Below are positions 26,406-35,849 of a stretch of DNA of 64,000 nt, piece by piece. Under the pieces are notes generated by a model. The model was not told the origin of the DNA and ran no database searches. It worked only from the letters and a program-made list of their open reading frames with translations. The translations under genes and the position numbers were made by a program. Source of the DNA: an uncultured virus (IMG/VR IMGVR_UViG_3300025133_000075) (Duplodnaviria; Heunggongvirae; Uroviricota; Caudoviricetes). The number at the start of each line of letters is the position of its first letter. The stretch's first letter is position 1. The stretch lies in the IMG/VR virus record IMGVR_UViG_3300025133_000075. One strand, given 5' to 3'.

Positions 26406-27191
26406 TCAAGAGAGCTTTCTTCTTCGTGCTGCACTGACATTATAACCACGACCGTCAGCACGTCCAGCGTTTCGAGCGTCACTACTTCCAGAAGCACCTC
26501 CCCGAGTGGATTTGGTGACCAGATTGATCCCCTTCTCCTTCTTCAACCACTTGCTGGCCAGATTGCTTTTGATCCGAATCAGATCATTCCGGCGATCGAT
26601 CAGCACCAGGGCTCTCTCATCGGAAGAGCCTTGAGCCAACCGTTTCTGCTCAGCTTTGTCTTTCTTCAGATTGGACCGCAGTCCACTGACGAAGCCTTCA
26701 GAGTAGACCCCACCTTCACCCTGGAAAACTGAACCGTAGCGAAGACGAGCCAGAGCGATAATCACCAGCCGCAGCTCATCGTAAAGAGAAACTGCGATAT
26801 CAACATCTTCAGCAACTCCGTAGAAGACCACAGAGCGACCCCGGACAGCTTTGCCGTTTATGTCTCGAAAGACCAAACCGCTGGCTGTCTTTTTGTCCAT
26901 CACCCCTCGACTCAGATAATGTGGAACTCCCACAAGATCAGACACGAAGTGTGTCAAGACCTTTTCCCACATGTACATCTTTTTGCCGACAACGGAGTGA
27001 CCCTGCTTTTTCTCAGAAGAAACCGCTCGATCCAAGGCAGAATTCTCTGCATCATCAAGGTCGCCTTCACTCAGATGGTGCCTGTCCATCAGTTTGTTCG
27101 CCAGCCGCAGAGCCGTTTCGATCTCGGCTTCAGAGGCAGCGTCGTCTTTGCTGATATTCAGCAGGCCCATGATTTTTTGCTTCACACACAT
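26406..27191 (-). CDS. DUF2786-like protein
   Basis: KIMGLL...ASEAEIETALRLANKLMDRH N-terminus; VVFYGVAEDVDIA; G.ADG C-terminus. Confidence 0.7.
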   Translation of the reverse strand: MCVKQKIMGLLNISKDDAASEAEIETALRLANKLMDRHHLSEGDLDDAENSALDRAVSSEKKQGHSVVGKKMYMWEKVLTHFVSDLVGVPHYLSRGVMDKKTASGLVFRDINGKAVRGRSVVFYGVAEDVDIAVSLYDELRLVIIALARLRYGSVFQGEGGVYSEGFVSGLRSNLKKDKAEQKRLAQGSSDERALVLIDRRNDLIRIKSNLASKWLKKEKGINLVTKSTRGGASGSSDARNAGRADGRGYNVSAARRRKLS

Positions 27192-27206
27192 TCTTCAGTT
27201 CTCCTC

Positions 27207-27389
27207 TCAATTGCTGTTAAATACAGATTCCACAGACACCACAATCTCGTTCTCAATGCAACGGTCAGCTTCAGCACTGACACGAGTTGAGAACACTTTT
27301 GCTTTCGCAAAATCGGCAGTGTACGCCCCAGCAGTTCCATCTTTCGCCAAGTAACCGCCTCCCTGATCCGTTCGTTTGATCACATACAT
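27207..27389 (-). CDS. hypothetical protein
   Basis: AGGAGAACTGAAGA-ATG start. Confidence 0.7.
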   Translation of the reverse strand: MYVIKRTDQGGGYLAKDGTAGAYTADFAKAKVFSTRVSAEADRCIENEIVVSVESVFNSN

Positions 27390-27404
27390 TCTTCAGTTCT
27401 CCTC

Positions 27405-27614
27405 TCAAGATTTGTAACGACCCATGAGCAGAACCTCTTCTGCTCCAAACACAGCGAACGCCCCGCAAGCTTCACACTTGTAATTGCAAGCATCCGGTTC
27501 GCAACCATCGGCATCTTCGCCGCAGGTCAGACAGAACCCAGGATTCTCCATCCCAAAGTTCCGCCGTCTCACAGCATCCAACACCCGCTTCTCCGTCACT
27601 TCGTTCTTCATCAC
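27405..27614 (-). CDS. small zinc-finger protein
   Basis: CLTCG...CEPDA...CEACG. Confidence 0.75.
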   Translation of the reverse strand: MMKNEVTEKRVLDAVRRRNFGMENPGFCLTCGEDADGCEPDACNYKCEACGAFAVFGAEEVLLMGRYKS

Positions 27615-27627
27615 TCAGTTCTCCTCT

Positions 27628-27921
27628 TCACGCTTTGTCAAAGAAACCTTTCATAAACGCCTTGCCGGTGCTGGGAACATGCAGCTTCCAAGCTTCATCA
27701 GGCCAGCTTCGGAACAGAACAACATAGTTCCGAGTGTCCCGATGTTTGAAATGAGCACGAGTCTCATTGGCTTCCATCAGCATGAACTCAGCAGCAACCA
27801 CATCGTGACGACTGGCACCACTGCGAACAGCAAAGCCAACCTCTCGGTTACGAGACACAACCAAAGGGGCCAGCTCACCAAACAGCTCTGCCGCTTTTTC
27901 CGCACTCACATCAAAACTCAT
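27628..27921 (-). CDS. hypothetical protein
   Basis: First gene after element copy 6. Confidence 0.7.
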   Translation of the reverse strand: MSFDVSAEKAAELFGELAPLVVSRNREVGFAVRSGASRHDVVAAEFMLMEANETRAHFKHRDTRNYVVLFRSWPDEAWKLHVPSTGKAFMKGFFDKA

Positions 27922-27927
27922 CACTTT

Positions 27928-28027
27928 TCTCCTCTCAAGAACACCACTCACGTCACATCTTTATTATACGCAAGACACCCCTCAGAAGACTACTCTTTCC
28001 CCTTCAATTCCAAAGAATTAAAGGAAA
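27928..28027 (-). promoter_or_regulatory. repeated early promoter element, copy 6
   Basis: TATAAT at 27963-27968; palindrome degenerate. Confidence 0.75.
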
Positions 28028-28187
28028 TACTTCCAGCCGGTAAAATCTCAACCAATCCCACGTAAACAGCTCCCGCTTCTGTGATTTCAATCCATTCGCC
28101 ACAGTGGCTCTTGAATCCCAGCAACTTCAAAGCAGCAAACACAGCCGCTTTCTCTTCAACAGTTAAGTGCTCCAGTTCGTTTGTCAT
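27990..28187 (-). CDS. hypothetical protein
   Basis: ORF runs into element copy 6. Confidence 0.55.
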   Translation of the reverse strand: MTNELEHLTVEEKAAVFAALKLLGFKSHCGEWIEITEAGAVYVGLVEILPAGSISFNSLELKGKE

Positions 28188-28435
28188 TTTTCCGCTTCTT
28201 CCCAGTTAAAGTACAATCGAGGACTCCCCTGAAAGAGTAACGATCCTGCCACACCGTCAGACCTTCTGACGACTACCACACATGGAGCCAGGAACCCAGT
28301 CACCTGGAAATCTTCCTGAAGCTCTTTCGTGTTCCAAACCTGCCCATGCCGCTGCTCCATCTCTTTCCGCTCAGCAGCAGCCCCATTGATCTCATCGACC
28401 ATCTGTCGACGGATTCCTTCTGTTTCATCTCTCAT
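28184..28435 (-). CDS. hypothetical protein
   Basis: GQVWNT.EL..DF.V.GF.AP.VVV.R..DG..GSL.FQ.SPR.YF. Confidence 0.75.
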   Translation of the reverse strand: MRDETEGIRRQMVDEINGAAAERKEMEQRHGQVWNTKELQEDFQVTGFLAPCVVVVRRSDGVAGSLLFQGSPRLYFNWEEAEK

Positions 28436-28446
28436 CTCATATCCCC

Positions 28447-28638
28447 TCAATCAATAGGATTGTGAATCACTTCTTCGCCGTTCTTTTCCGCCAAACAAAC
28501 AGCAACCAAATGAGAATGAACCCGCTTTCGTCCGGCCATCCCCTTGAACTTAGCTACCGCTTTCAGCTTCGCTGCGTACATCGTTTCAGCGTAGACTTCA
28601 CACCGCTTCCCATTCCAGAAGCAAACATATCCGTTCAT
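28447..28638 (-). CDS. hypothetical protein
   Basis: AGGAGAACTGAG-ATG start. Confidence 0.7.
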   Translation of the reverse strand: MNGYVCFWNGKRCEVYAETMYAAKLKAVAKFKGMAGRKRVHSHLVAVCLAEKNGEEVIHNPID

Positions 28639-28651
28639 CTCAGTTCTCCTC

Positions 28652-29065
28652 TCAAATAGTTTCATTCACAACACACTCAAGATCGTCACGATGTTTTTCT
28701 CGAAGTCTATCCGCCAGAGCCACAGTGTACCCAACTTTGTAGGTCAAGTAAGATCCATCTTTCATTTTGAGAACGATCCCTTTCTTGCACCACGACTTCA
28801 GCTTCTTTTTTGCTAAATGCTCGTCGATTAGTTTCGCGACGACGTGATCCAGATTCTCAACTGAAGAAGCCTCATCCCCAAGAAATTCCTTCGCCCAAGC
28901 TTCACACTCCCGCAGCTTTTCGTACCCAAAACAGTATCGATAACAAGCCCCCCGCCCGCCGTCTTCTACTGTTCCGATCTTCTTACCGTCCCAGTAGAAT
29001 GAAGCGACGAATGCTCCAGTTGATAAAGTCTTGATCCCTTTCAGAGACACTCGATTCTCAGCCAT
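28652..29065 (-). CDS. hypothetical protein
   Basis: First gene after element copy 7. Confidence 0.75.
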   Translation of the reverse strand: MAENRVSLKGIKTLSTGAFVASFYWDGKKIGTVEDGGRGACYRYCFGYEKLRECEAWAKEFLGDEASSVENLDHVVAKLIDEHLAKKKLKSWCKKGIVLKMKDGSYLTYKVGYTVALADRLREKHRDDLECVVNETI

Positions 29066-29136
29066 CACTTCTCTCCTCAAATCAGCGACAAACAAAGCTC
29101 TCTTCTGCGGGGCCTTTCCTCCGCAGAGAAGAGCAA

Positions 29137-29226
29137 TCACTCACACCTCACATTTATATTATACGACATAAACCCCTCTGAAGACCACTCTAATCCCCTT
29201 GGAATCCTAAAGATTAAGGGGAATAA
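29137..29226 (-). promoter_or_regulatory. repeated early promoter element, copy 7
   Basis: TATAAT at 29158-29163; palindrome intact; leader hairpin at 29097-29134. Confidence 0.8.
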
Positions 29227-30114
29227 TCAGAATTCGAGATAACGGGCTCGTAGCTCTGCGATCTCAGCTGGATCAGCATCAGCTGGATCATCTCCGGTCT
29301 CCAACATCACATTCTCAGTGAGTCCAGGAAAAGCCGCCAGTTGAGCACAGAGAGCGTCAGCTCGATCTTGTGCATCTTCTGTCGCGTCGAAGCAAACTAT
29401 CCGCTGAGTGTACTGTGAGAGCCTGCACAGCTGCGTCTGAGTGTAAGCGATACCCAGAGTGGCCACTCCACCGGGGCCGATCGCCCACGCATCCATCGGA
29501 CCTTCCACGATCACGATTGTGTTTCTCGCCAAGTGCTCGCCATACAACAGCGTCTTCAGGTTCTTCTCTTCCTGATCGTTCGATGCTGATTGGTATCGAG
29601 TGCCGTCGTTGTGGAGTGCTCTGGTAGTCCAGGAAACAACTCGACCACGATCATCATGGATCGGGATGAAGATCCTCCATGAAAGCTTGACCGCCATGCC
29701 GATCCCCCGGATCCCCCAAAGTTTTGACAGAATCCCTGGATCGAATCCCCGCTTCTTCAGATACTGCTTGTGGATCGTCATCAGATCGACGATGCCTTTC
29801 GGCAGCTCCAGAGTACCGAGTTTTTCATCTTCGGCATCAGGCACAAAGAGGTGCTGATTTTTGAACTCCTGAGCCCACACCCGACAAGCTTCGGAGTATG
29901 GTATCCCCAGCAGATCAACCAACACCTTCCGACCTTGCAACAGCCCGCAATGCCAGCAATTCGTTCTGCCAGTCGATAGCTCAATGCCCGCTCGGAACTT
30001 CCCCCAACCAGGAGAGCAGCCGGGACAGTCAAATCCAACCCACCCAGATCTCACATGGTGGTGGGAAGAATTTGCTGTCTGGATTCCCCTGTTTTGAAGA
30101 TAGTCTGAGATCAC
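29227..30114 (-). CDS. DnaG-type DNA primase (zinc finger and TOPRIM)
   Basis: CPGC...CWHCG, RIFIPI, IVEGPMDAWAIG, CFD, DDPAD. Confidence 0.9.
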   Translation of the reverse strand: MISDYLQNRGIQTANSSHHHVRSGWVGFDCPGCSPGWGKFRAGIELSTGRTNCWHCGLLQGRKVLVDLLGIPYSEACRVWAQEFKNQHLFVPDAEDEKLGTLELPKGIVDLMTIHKQYLKKRGFDPGILSKLWGIRGIGMAVKLSWRIFIPIHDDRGRVVSWTTRALHNDGTRYQSASNDQEEKNLKTLLYGEHLARNTIVIVEGPMDAWAIGPGGVATLGIAYTQTQLCRLSQYTQRIVCFDATEDAQDRADALCAQLAAFPGLTENVMLETGDDPADADPAEIAELRARYLEF

Positions 30115-30423
30115 TCAATGGTCCTTGATCACGTAGTGGACGATCTCACCATAATCGGCAACCGTAGCAACCCAGCCGCCTCCCATTCGGTACACATGCG
30201 TTTTGTACCGATCATCCAACATTTTAGCTGCCGCTGCTTCAGCCTGTTTCTTTTTCTTGAAGACTTTGGGCTTCGGTGGCAAATACGCTTTTGGTGGTAT
30301 CCGCCTGGCTGGAGCCACTGAAATGTACCCCCGTCTCTTTCTCACAATCATTATCATCACACTCTCCTCAAGACCGATGCACATTGCCGTCAGCCCATCC
30401 CACACAGACCTTCCCAGCGGCAA
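30115..30423 (-). CDS. hypothetical basic protein
   Basis: ORF track; real start probably near 30360. Confidence 0.55.
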   Translation of the reverse strand: MPLGRSVWDGLTAMCIGLEESVMIMIVRKRRGYISVAPARRIPPKAYLPPKPKVFKKKKQAEAAAAKMLDDRYKTHVYRMGGGWVATVADYGEIVHYVIKDH

Positions 30424-31192
30424 TCATCTCGTCTTTGATCCTATTATACCGATTGTCCCACGCAGCGTCTCCGATGCCCATCCAGATGTCCCAGAGAGCA
30501 ACGTCGTACCTCATCCAGTCTGCTTCATAGGCTGAGCCACAGGCCAGAGTCACTCGATCACCAAAATCTTCCACAAGGCTCTTGCCGAAGTAATCGATCA
30601 CATCCTGATCTTTCTCGTACACAGTCAGATGCTCAACCTTCTTCCTCTCCAGAACTTTCCGAGCTGCCCAACCCAGTCCCAGCCCAGCCATGGCCACTTT
30701 GCCTTTAGCTCGTCTGATCTGCCCCCGAAGGGTAAAGACTTCATTTGGAGTCAGCGACATCCACGGGCTCAAAGTCTGATCGGCCAAGACCGGGATTCCG
30801 ATCTCCGCATCAAAGCGAACCATTCGCTCAGTTCGACCTTTGTAGACAGAAAGCTCTGTCCTGCTCATCGTCGGAGTGCAAAACAACCAGCGGCTCCGCA
30901 AAGAATACAATGGCAGTCGCCGCTTGTAGAATATGCGATCTCCGATCTTGATGCCCTTCTCACGAGCTTCTGTGTGCTCCAGTATGGTCATTTCTCCAAT
31001 CATGGGCAAAGCATCAAGCATCCAGGCATTGTAACTCTCAGCCTTGAATGTGGCATCCAGATCGTCCCATTTGAATGTCTCGGTGAACTCCACCGGCTTT
31101 TCCCATTCGTAGATCTTCGTTCTCTTCTTCTCTTTAGTAGTCACTCTAAAGTCCTCCTTTGAACTTGTACACGGGGCAAGATCGATAGCCAA
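30368..31192 (-). CDS. class I SAM-dependent methyltransferase-like protein
   Basis: WMSLTPNE, GKVAMAGLGLGW, TVYEKD, YDVALWDIW; start uncertain. Confidence 0.75.
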   Translation of the reverse strand: MAIDLAPCTSSKEDFRVTTKEKKRTKIYEWEKPVEFTETFKWDDLDATFKAESYNAWMLDALPMIGEMTILEHTEAREKGIKIGDRIFYKRRLPLYSLRSRWLFCTPTMSRTELSVYKGRTERMVRFDAEIGIPVLADQTLSPWMSLTPNEVFTLRGQIRRAKGKVAMAGLGLGWAARKVLERKKVEHLTVYEKDQDVIDYFGKSLVEDFGDRVTLACGSAYEADWMRYDVALWDIWMGIGDAAWDNRYNRIKDEMIAAGKVCVGWADGNVHRS

Positions 31193-31460
31193 CCCGAGCA
31201 GTCAGGCCAGTCTCTTCGAACATTTCGGGGAAAGCTTCCACAACCTTCATGGCCCAAACGTGATTCTCTGAGTAGTTTTTGATGATGATTTCATCTTCGT
31301 ACAGAGGAGCGTCTGGAACATTGACAGAGAGTGTTCCCCAGGGTTCATCATCGTCTAAATCGATGGCAGCGATGGCGATTCTACCATTGGGGTACTTGTG
31401 TTTCACCAAGTAAACTTCCAGCTCTTTGCCAAACGCTTTGATCACTACTGACCTGGCCAT
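31146..31460 (-). CDS. hypothetical protein (DUF4313-like)
   Basis: YPNGRIAI...EPWGTLSVN...IKNYSEN...GY..CPVY.F. Confidence 0.65.
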   Translation of the reverse strand: MARSVVIKAFGKELEVYLVKHKYPNGRIAIAAIDLDDDEPWGTLSVNVPDAPLYEDEIIIKNYSENHVWAMKVVEAFPEMFEETGLTARVGYRSCPVYKFKGGL

Positions 31461-31466
31461 CTCAAT

Positions 31467-31573
31467 TCTCCTCAAACAAAAGACATCACTCACGTCACAT
31501 CTTTATTATACGTCACTTTCCCCTCAAAAGACCACTCTAATCCCCTTGGAATCCTAAAGATTAAGGGGAATAA
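31467..31573 (-). promoter_or_regulatory. repeated early promoter element, copy 8 (closest to consensus)
   Basis: TTCCCCTTAATCTTTAGGATTCCAAGGGGATTAGAGTGGTCTTTTGAGGGGAAAGTGACG-TATAAT-AAAGATGTGACGTGAGTGATGTCTTTTGTTTGAGGAG. Confidence 0.88.
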
Positions 31574-31894
31574 TCAAAGATCTGGAATGCTGTCGTCATC
31601 TATCTGCTGCTGCAATTCTTCGATCTGGGCTTTCAGTGTTTTGATCTCCATGATCATGTCGTAGTACAACATGGTCAGCACTTCACCTTTTTGGATACAC
31701 ATCTCAACGTACTCTCTCAGTGCATGGTGAACACTAATTCCGGACTTCGCACAAGCCGCTTTGAAGTCCTGTCGGATCTTGTGTGTGATATTCCGCAAAT
31801 TGATCGCTGCCACGGTTTTTGGATCGATCCGGATTGGTCTCCGGATGGTTTCCCTGGCCCTGTCGATATCGCGAATCTTGTTTTCGTCCGTCAT
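31574..31894 (-). CDS. putative ribbon-helix-helix DNA-binding protein
   Basis: INLRNITHKIRQDFKAACAKSGISVHHALREYVE, then a coiled coil. Confidence 0.55.
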   Translation of the reverse strand: MTDENKIRDIDRARETIRRPIRIDPKTVAAINLRNITHKIRQDFKAACAKSGISVHHALREYVEMCIQKGEVLTMLYYDMIMEIKTLKAQIEELQQQIDDDSIPDL

Positions 31895-33291
31895 GAAAAA
31901 GCTCCTTTGCCCAAAGCTGAAACCAGCTCCTGGTAAATGTTGAAGTCTTTTGGCGAATCGCCTCCATCGATGATCGCCGCGATGATCTCCTGTCTCTTCT
32001 GCAACAGCTTGCAGAGACGTTCTTCGATCGAACCTTGAGCGATCAAGTAGTGGATGTTTGTGTCTGACTTCTGGCCAATGCGATGGATCCGTTTGGAAGC
32101 CTGATTGTGAGTCGCTGGATTGTGCCACAGCTCCACATGAGCCAGGGTGGCCGCTGCTGTGAGATTGATCCCAACCCCCGCTGCCTTCAACTGAGCCACG
32201 CAGAGACGAGTCTGTGGATCTTTCTGGAACTGCCAGACGGCTTCTTGTCGAACTCTGCCCGTCACGGTCCCATCGATCACGATCGACTTCACAGGAATTT
32301 CTTTGGTCAGTCGTTTGATCACTGGCTTGTGGAAAGCGAACAGCACCAGCTTCTCCTTTGGATTCTCATCCAAGAATTTGTTGGCCCAATCCACACAAGA
32401 ATCCATCTTCAGCTCAGCCGCCAACCGCAAAAGGTAGCCCACCTTGCTGACAGCTTCGGCTTTCTTGATCGAATGCACTCGGTCTGCTTTGTGCTTTCGA
32501 GCCCATGCCAGGAAATCATTCTCAGCCATGTGATACTGGCTGGAATCTTTCATCGGCATCACTGTGATTGAAGTCTTCTTATTTGGCAGATTCAGAATAC
32601 CTTCAGTTCGTCGCAGCATCCCCAACCGCCTCAATCGATTGTGGAGCTCGTCCAAATTGGTAGCACCTTTGTACTCCCAACCCCACGGCTTGAGCTTCGG
32701 ATTGCAGTAACGCTGTGCATACTCCCAGAACGAACGGAACTCCCTTGGCCAAAGGATCCGAAGAATTGGAAACAGCTCGATCGGTCGATTCACAATCGGA
32801 GTCCCAGACATCGCAATGATGTGCTTGAACTCCTTGCTGAGCTTGGTGATTGCTTTGGTCCGTTTCGTTGCCCGACCTCCCAACATCTGACATTCATCGA
32901 GAATCAGAGTCTTCGGCTTCAGCTGCCGAAGGTAATCTGTCCACGGCTTGATCTTCACCACTCGATCATCTTTTCTCCGTGGAGCCAAGATGTCGTAATT
33001 GATAATCGTCAGCTGGGGAATCCCGGCCCGATCCGTCAGATTTGGAGCTGCTTCACCTTCACAGATCGAAGCTCGATATCCGAAGTGATGCTGAGCTTCG
33101 TGCTCCCAATTGAACTTCACCCCAGCTGGACAAACCACCACAGCCGGGAACATGTCAGGATTTCGATACAGAACCCCCAACGAAGTGAACGACTTTCCCA
33201 ACCCCATATCGTCAGCGAGAAGCACCCTTCCGTGATGCTTCTCGATGAACTTGATGCCATCTTTCTGGTGAGGCATTGGACTGCTTGGCAC
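31891..33291 (-). CDS. SNF2-family helicase/translocase
   Basis: LADDMGLGKS, ILDECQ, MSGTP, GVGINLT, QASKRIHRIGQ. Confidence 0.93.
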   Translation of the reverse strand: MPSSPMPHQKDGIKFIEKHHGRVLLADDMGLGKSFTSLGVLYRNPDMFPAVVVCPAGVKFNWEHEAQHHFGYRASICEGEAAPNLTDRAGIPQLTIINYDILAPRRKDDRVVKIKPWTDYLRQLKPKTLILDECQMLGGRATKRTKAITKLSKEFKHIIAMSGTPIVNRPIELFPILRILWPREFRSFWEYAQRYCNPKLKPWGWEYKGATNLDELHNRLRRLGMLRRTEGILNLPNKKTSITVMPMKDSSQYHMAENDFLAWARKHKADRVHSIKKAEAVSKVGYLLRLAAELKMDSCVDWANKFLDENPKEKLVLFAFHKPVIKRLTKEIPVKSIVIDGTVTGRVRQEAVWQFQKDPQTRLCVAQLKAAGVGINLTAAATLAHVELWHNPATHNQASKRIHRIGQKSDTNIHYLIAQGSIEERLCKLLQKRQEIIAAIIDGGDSPKDFNIYQELVSALGKGAFS

Positions 33292-33827
33292 TACAGCACC
33301 CCCTTGATATCAGCCAAGCACTTTTTGATCCGAGCTGGTTTCCAGCCCAACGACTTCATGTACTTATTGACTGCAGCTCTTGCATAGAAGGTGTGCGTCC
33401 CAGGCGGCAGTAGCGTCTCGGCCAAATCTTCCGGACTGCCAACCACAACCTGTACGATCTGTTTCGCGTCTTCTGACAGCTGTTTCAGCATGCTGCTAAT
33501 TCTGAAATCAGAAGCACCAGGGGCTTCCACGTCTCGCTGTTCGCCTTCTTTTGTCGTCAGCGACTGAGCCGTCACGTTTCTTCGCTGGATGTCACAGTGG
33601 TACTTGAGACGCCTCCAGACGCATGTGGATATGTAAGATGTGAACTTGGTGCCGTGTCCCGGTTCATAGCTTCGGCTGGCTGGAACATAGGCCAAATTGG
33701 CAATACCTTTCAGCTCATCAAATTCCCCGCCATACGTTTTCACGAATCGATTGCAGATCTTGTTGATCAGCTGCTCCACGTCTTCGTACGTCTCCCGTTC
33801 TGGGTCCACTTCCATCAAAGCCTGCAT
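33291..33827 (-). CDS. sigma70-family sigma-like factor
   Basis: Region 2-like DEL...A.....SYEPGHGTKFTSYISTCVWRRL; region 4 degenerate. Confidence 0.65.
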   Translation of the reverse strand: MQALMEVDPERETYEDVEQLINKICNRFVKTYGGEFDELKGIANLAYVPASRSYEPGHGTKFTSYISTCVWRRLKYHCDIQRRNVTAQSLTTKEGEQRDVEAPGASDFRISSMLKQLSEDAKQIVQVVVGSPEDLAETLLPPGTHTFYARAAVNKYMKSLGWKPARIKKCLADIKGVL

Positions 33828-33869
33828 CCTGTTTCTCCTCAGGTTAAGTCCAAATTTCTGCAATTGACT

Positions 33870-33898
33870 AATGTAACTGAATCAGCCAACACTCGCAA
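33870..33898 (-). promoter_or_regulatory. sigma70-like promoter TTGCGA-N17-TACATT for the sigma/SNF2 operon
   Basis: Hexamers read directly; shares its extended motif with the promoter at 23-52. Confidence 0.5.
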
Positions 33899-35180
33899 CT
33901 TCTTCCGCCACTTCTTCCATGATCTTCACTCGATTGACGATGGTCTGAGCCCGATCCCGGTACTCGCTGTGCTCTTTGACGGTGGCTTTGACAACGTAAG
34001 TGTTACCGATGTCCAACCATTCCGCAGAGCCGGAAGCGAACCAGGTAATGTCATTTCCATCCGCATCAACCATCTTGTGGATCCCAGTCACTCCCCACAT
34101 TCCTTCACTCGTGAAAATCCGCTCACAAGTGACAGTCATCGTCATTCGTTCCTTGATGTTTCCCACATGGTGAGAATCAGGACGATTAGCTTTCTTCAGC
34201 CGCTCCAGCTCCCGATCTAAGAATCGATCATGAGCGATCAGCATGGAAGCCGCGTATCCGGCCAGCCGCTGGGTGACGTACCCCGCTTCTGCGATCAACT
34301 GCAGATTGTCCAGGTAGTCGTTGCCGTTGCCGGTTTCAATGGCTTTGGCCCATTCGATGGCCGCTGCTGCTTTATTACAGACTGAAGTTGCAGTGGGGAA
34401 GATCTTCTCTTCAACACGATTCCAAGCTTCGTTTCTGTAAGCATCTGGAGTGGCCAGGTGATCGACCACTTCATGGGCAGTGGAGAACTTGGCACCCAAA
34501 CTCTCATGAGCTTCTTTTCCAGAAACCCAACCATAGGCTCGGATGTAGCCAGCCACGTATCCCAGGAAGAGTTCCAGTGACCAGCTGCCGACCGACCGCT
34601 CCCCGAATCCATCAGAATCAGCATACCCGGAAAACAGATCATCCAGTCCGAACATGGCGGATGCCCACGCTGCCAATGAATTGGGATTGCTGTGCCCCAG
34701 AAAGTCCTTCAGGCAAGTTTTGCCAACCATCATCATTCTGCCATCATCGTGGCGAACGACATAAGTGTCTTTTCTCCGACGATCTTTCCGGCAGTGATCA
34801 CACTCCCCAACTCGATCCCGGTACTCTGACAAGTCACACTCATCATCCAGCGATCGGATTATGTTCTTTTCGCCCACAGGCTCCAGAGTCGCCAGGAACG
34901 TCCACCCGTCATATTTGGGGGATTCCCCTGTGACAGTCACTTCTCGGACTTCTATGACCTGCCCAGTGGGCTTGTGATGGGGCTCAACCACTTCCACCCA
35001 TGCGATGGTATCCATTTCGTGGATACCGTACCGAACAGATTTGTCCCCAACTTCCATCCCGATTGGAGTGGCTCCCAGTTTTTTGGCCCGTTTATTCAGC
35101 TTCTCGATCTTGGCCGTCAGCTCTTCCAAACAGCAAATTGGAATGAAATAGGTTCTAGGTTCAACAGTATTGTCACTCAT
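33882..35180 (-). CDS. hypothetical protein with a CxxC motif and a probable C-terminal OB fold
   Basis: CDHCRKDRRR, VGKTCLKDF, C-terminal VKATVKEHSEY....QT.VNR. Confidence 0.75.
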   Translation of the reverse strand: MSDNTVEPRTYFIPICCLEELTAKIEKLNKRAKKLGATPIGMEVGDKSVRYGIHEMDTIAWVEVVEPHHKPTGQVIEVREVTVTGESPKYDGWTFLATLEPVGEKNIIRSLDDECDLSEYRDRVGECDHCRKDRRRKDTYVVRHDDGRMMMVGKTCLKDFLGHSNPNSLAAWASAMFGLDDLFSGYADSDGFGERSVGSWSLELFLGYVAGYIRAYGWVSGKEAHESLGAKFSTAHEVVDHLATPDAYRNEAWNRVEEKIFPTATSVCNKAAAAIEWAKAIETGNGNDYLDNLQLIAEAGYVTQRLAGYAASMLIAHDRFLDRELERLKKANRPDSHHVGNIKERMTMTVTCERIFTSEGMWGVTGIHKMVDADGNDITWFASGSAEWLDIGNTYVVKATVKEHSEYRDRAQTIVNRVKIMEEVAEEVASVG

Positions 35181-35181
35181 C

Positions 35182-35364
35182 TCAGTTCTCCTTTTTCAGT
35201 CGTTTGTACTCCGCTCGGGCTTCTTCAATCGACCCTTCAAAGATCTGACCATAGCAGCCACCAGCCGCCAGCATCATTCGAACTCGACCGCTCTTCAGCT
35301 GAATCACTTCCAGTTCTTTCAGCTTTCCATTGCCGATGCATCCAGAATAAATCAGTTTGCCCAT
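35182..35364 (-). CDS. hypothetical protein
   Basis: First gene after element copy 9. Confidence 0.65.
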   Translation of the reverse strand: MGKLIYSGCIGNGKLKELEVIQLKSGRVRMMLAAGGCYGQIFEGSIEEARAEYKRLKKEN

Positions 35365-35371
35365 CTCACTT

Positions 35372-35482
35372 TTCTCCTCTCAAGAACACCACTCACGTCA
35401 CATCTTTATTATACGGCATTCGAAGGGGAAAAGACCACTCTAATCCCCTTGAAATCACAAAGATTGTGAAAATAAAGGGGAA
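35372..35482 (-). promoter_or_regulatory. repeated early promoter element, copy 9
   Basis: TATAAT at 35408-35413 plus all boxes. Confidence 0.85.
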
Positions 35483-35845
35483 TCATGTCTGGCCCAGAAT
35501 CAAACGAACCACATCCAAGCCGGTCATATCGTCAGGCACTCTCTTGAAATTCCGCTGACGCAGAGCCACGATGATGCTTCTGGGGACTGGCTTCGATCGA
35601 TCTTTCCTGGCCGCTGCAAGAATCTGCTTCGCTGTGTCGTCGAAGATCAACGGAGTTTCGATGGCTTGCAAATAATGACACTTGAGATCGATCTTGACTG
35701 TCCCATCACACTCGACGCAAGTGTACAAAGCAGCAGGCAGCTGATGCAGTGGATTGTCCAGATTCCAGTTCTCAATGGTAGGTCTGAACTTCATCATCTC
35801 CACAGCCTCAAAAACTGATTGCTTGTTGCAGTGTGGGCACTCCAT
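35483..35845 (-). CDS. zinc-ribbon hypothetical protein
   Basis: CPHC...CVEC. Confidence 0.65.
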   Translation of the reverse strand: MECPHCNKQSVFEAVEMMKFRPTIENWNLDNPLHQLPAALYTCVECDGTVKIDLKCHYLQAIETPLIFDDTAKQILAAARKDRSKPVPRSIIVALRQRNFKRVPDDMTGLDVVRLILGQT

Positions 35846-35849
35846 CAGC

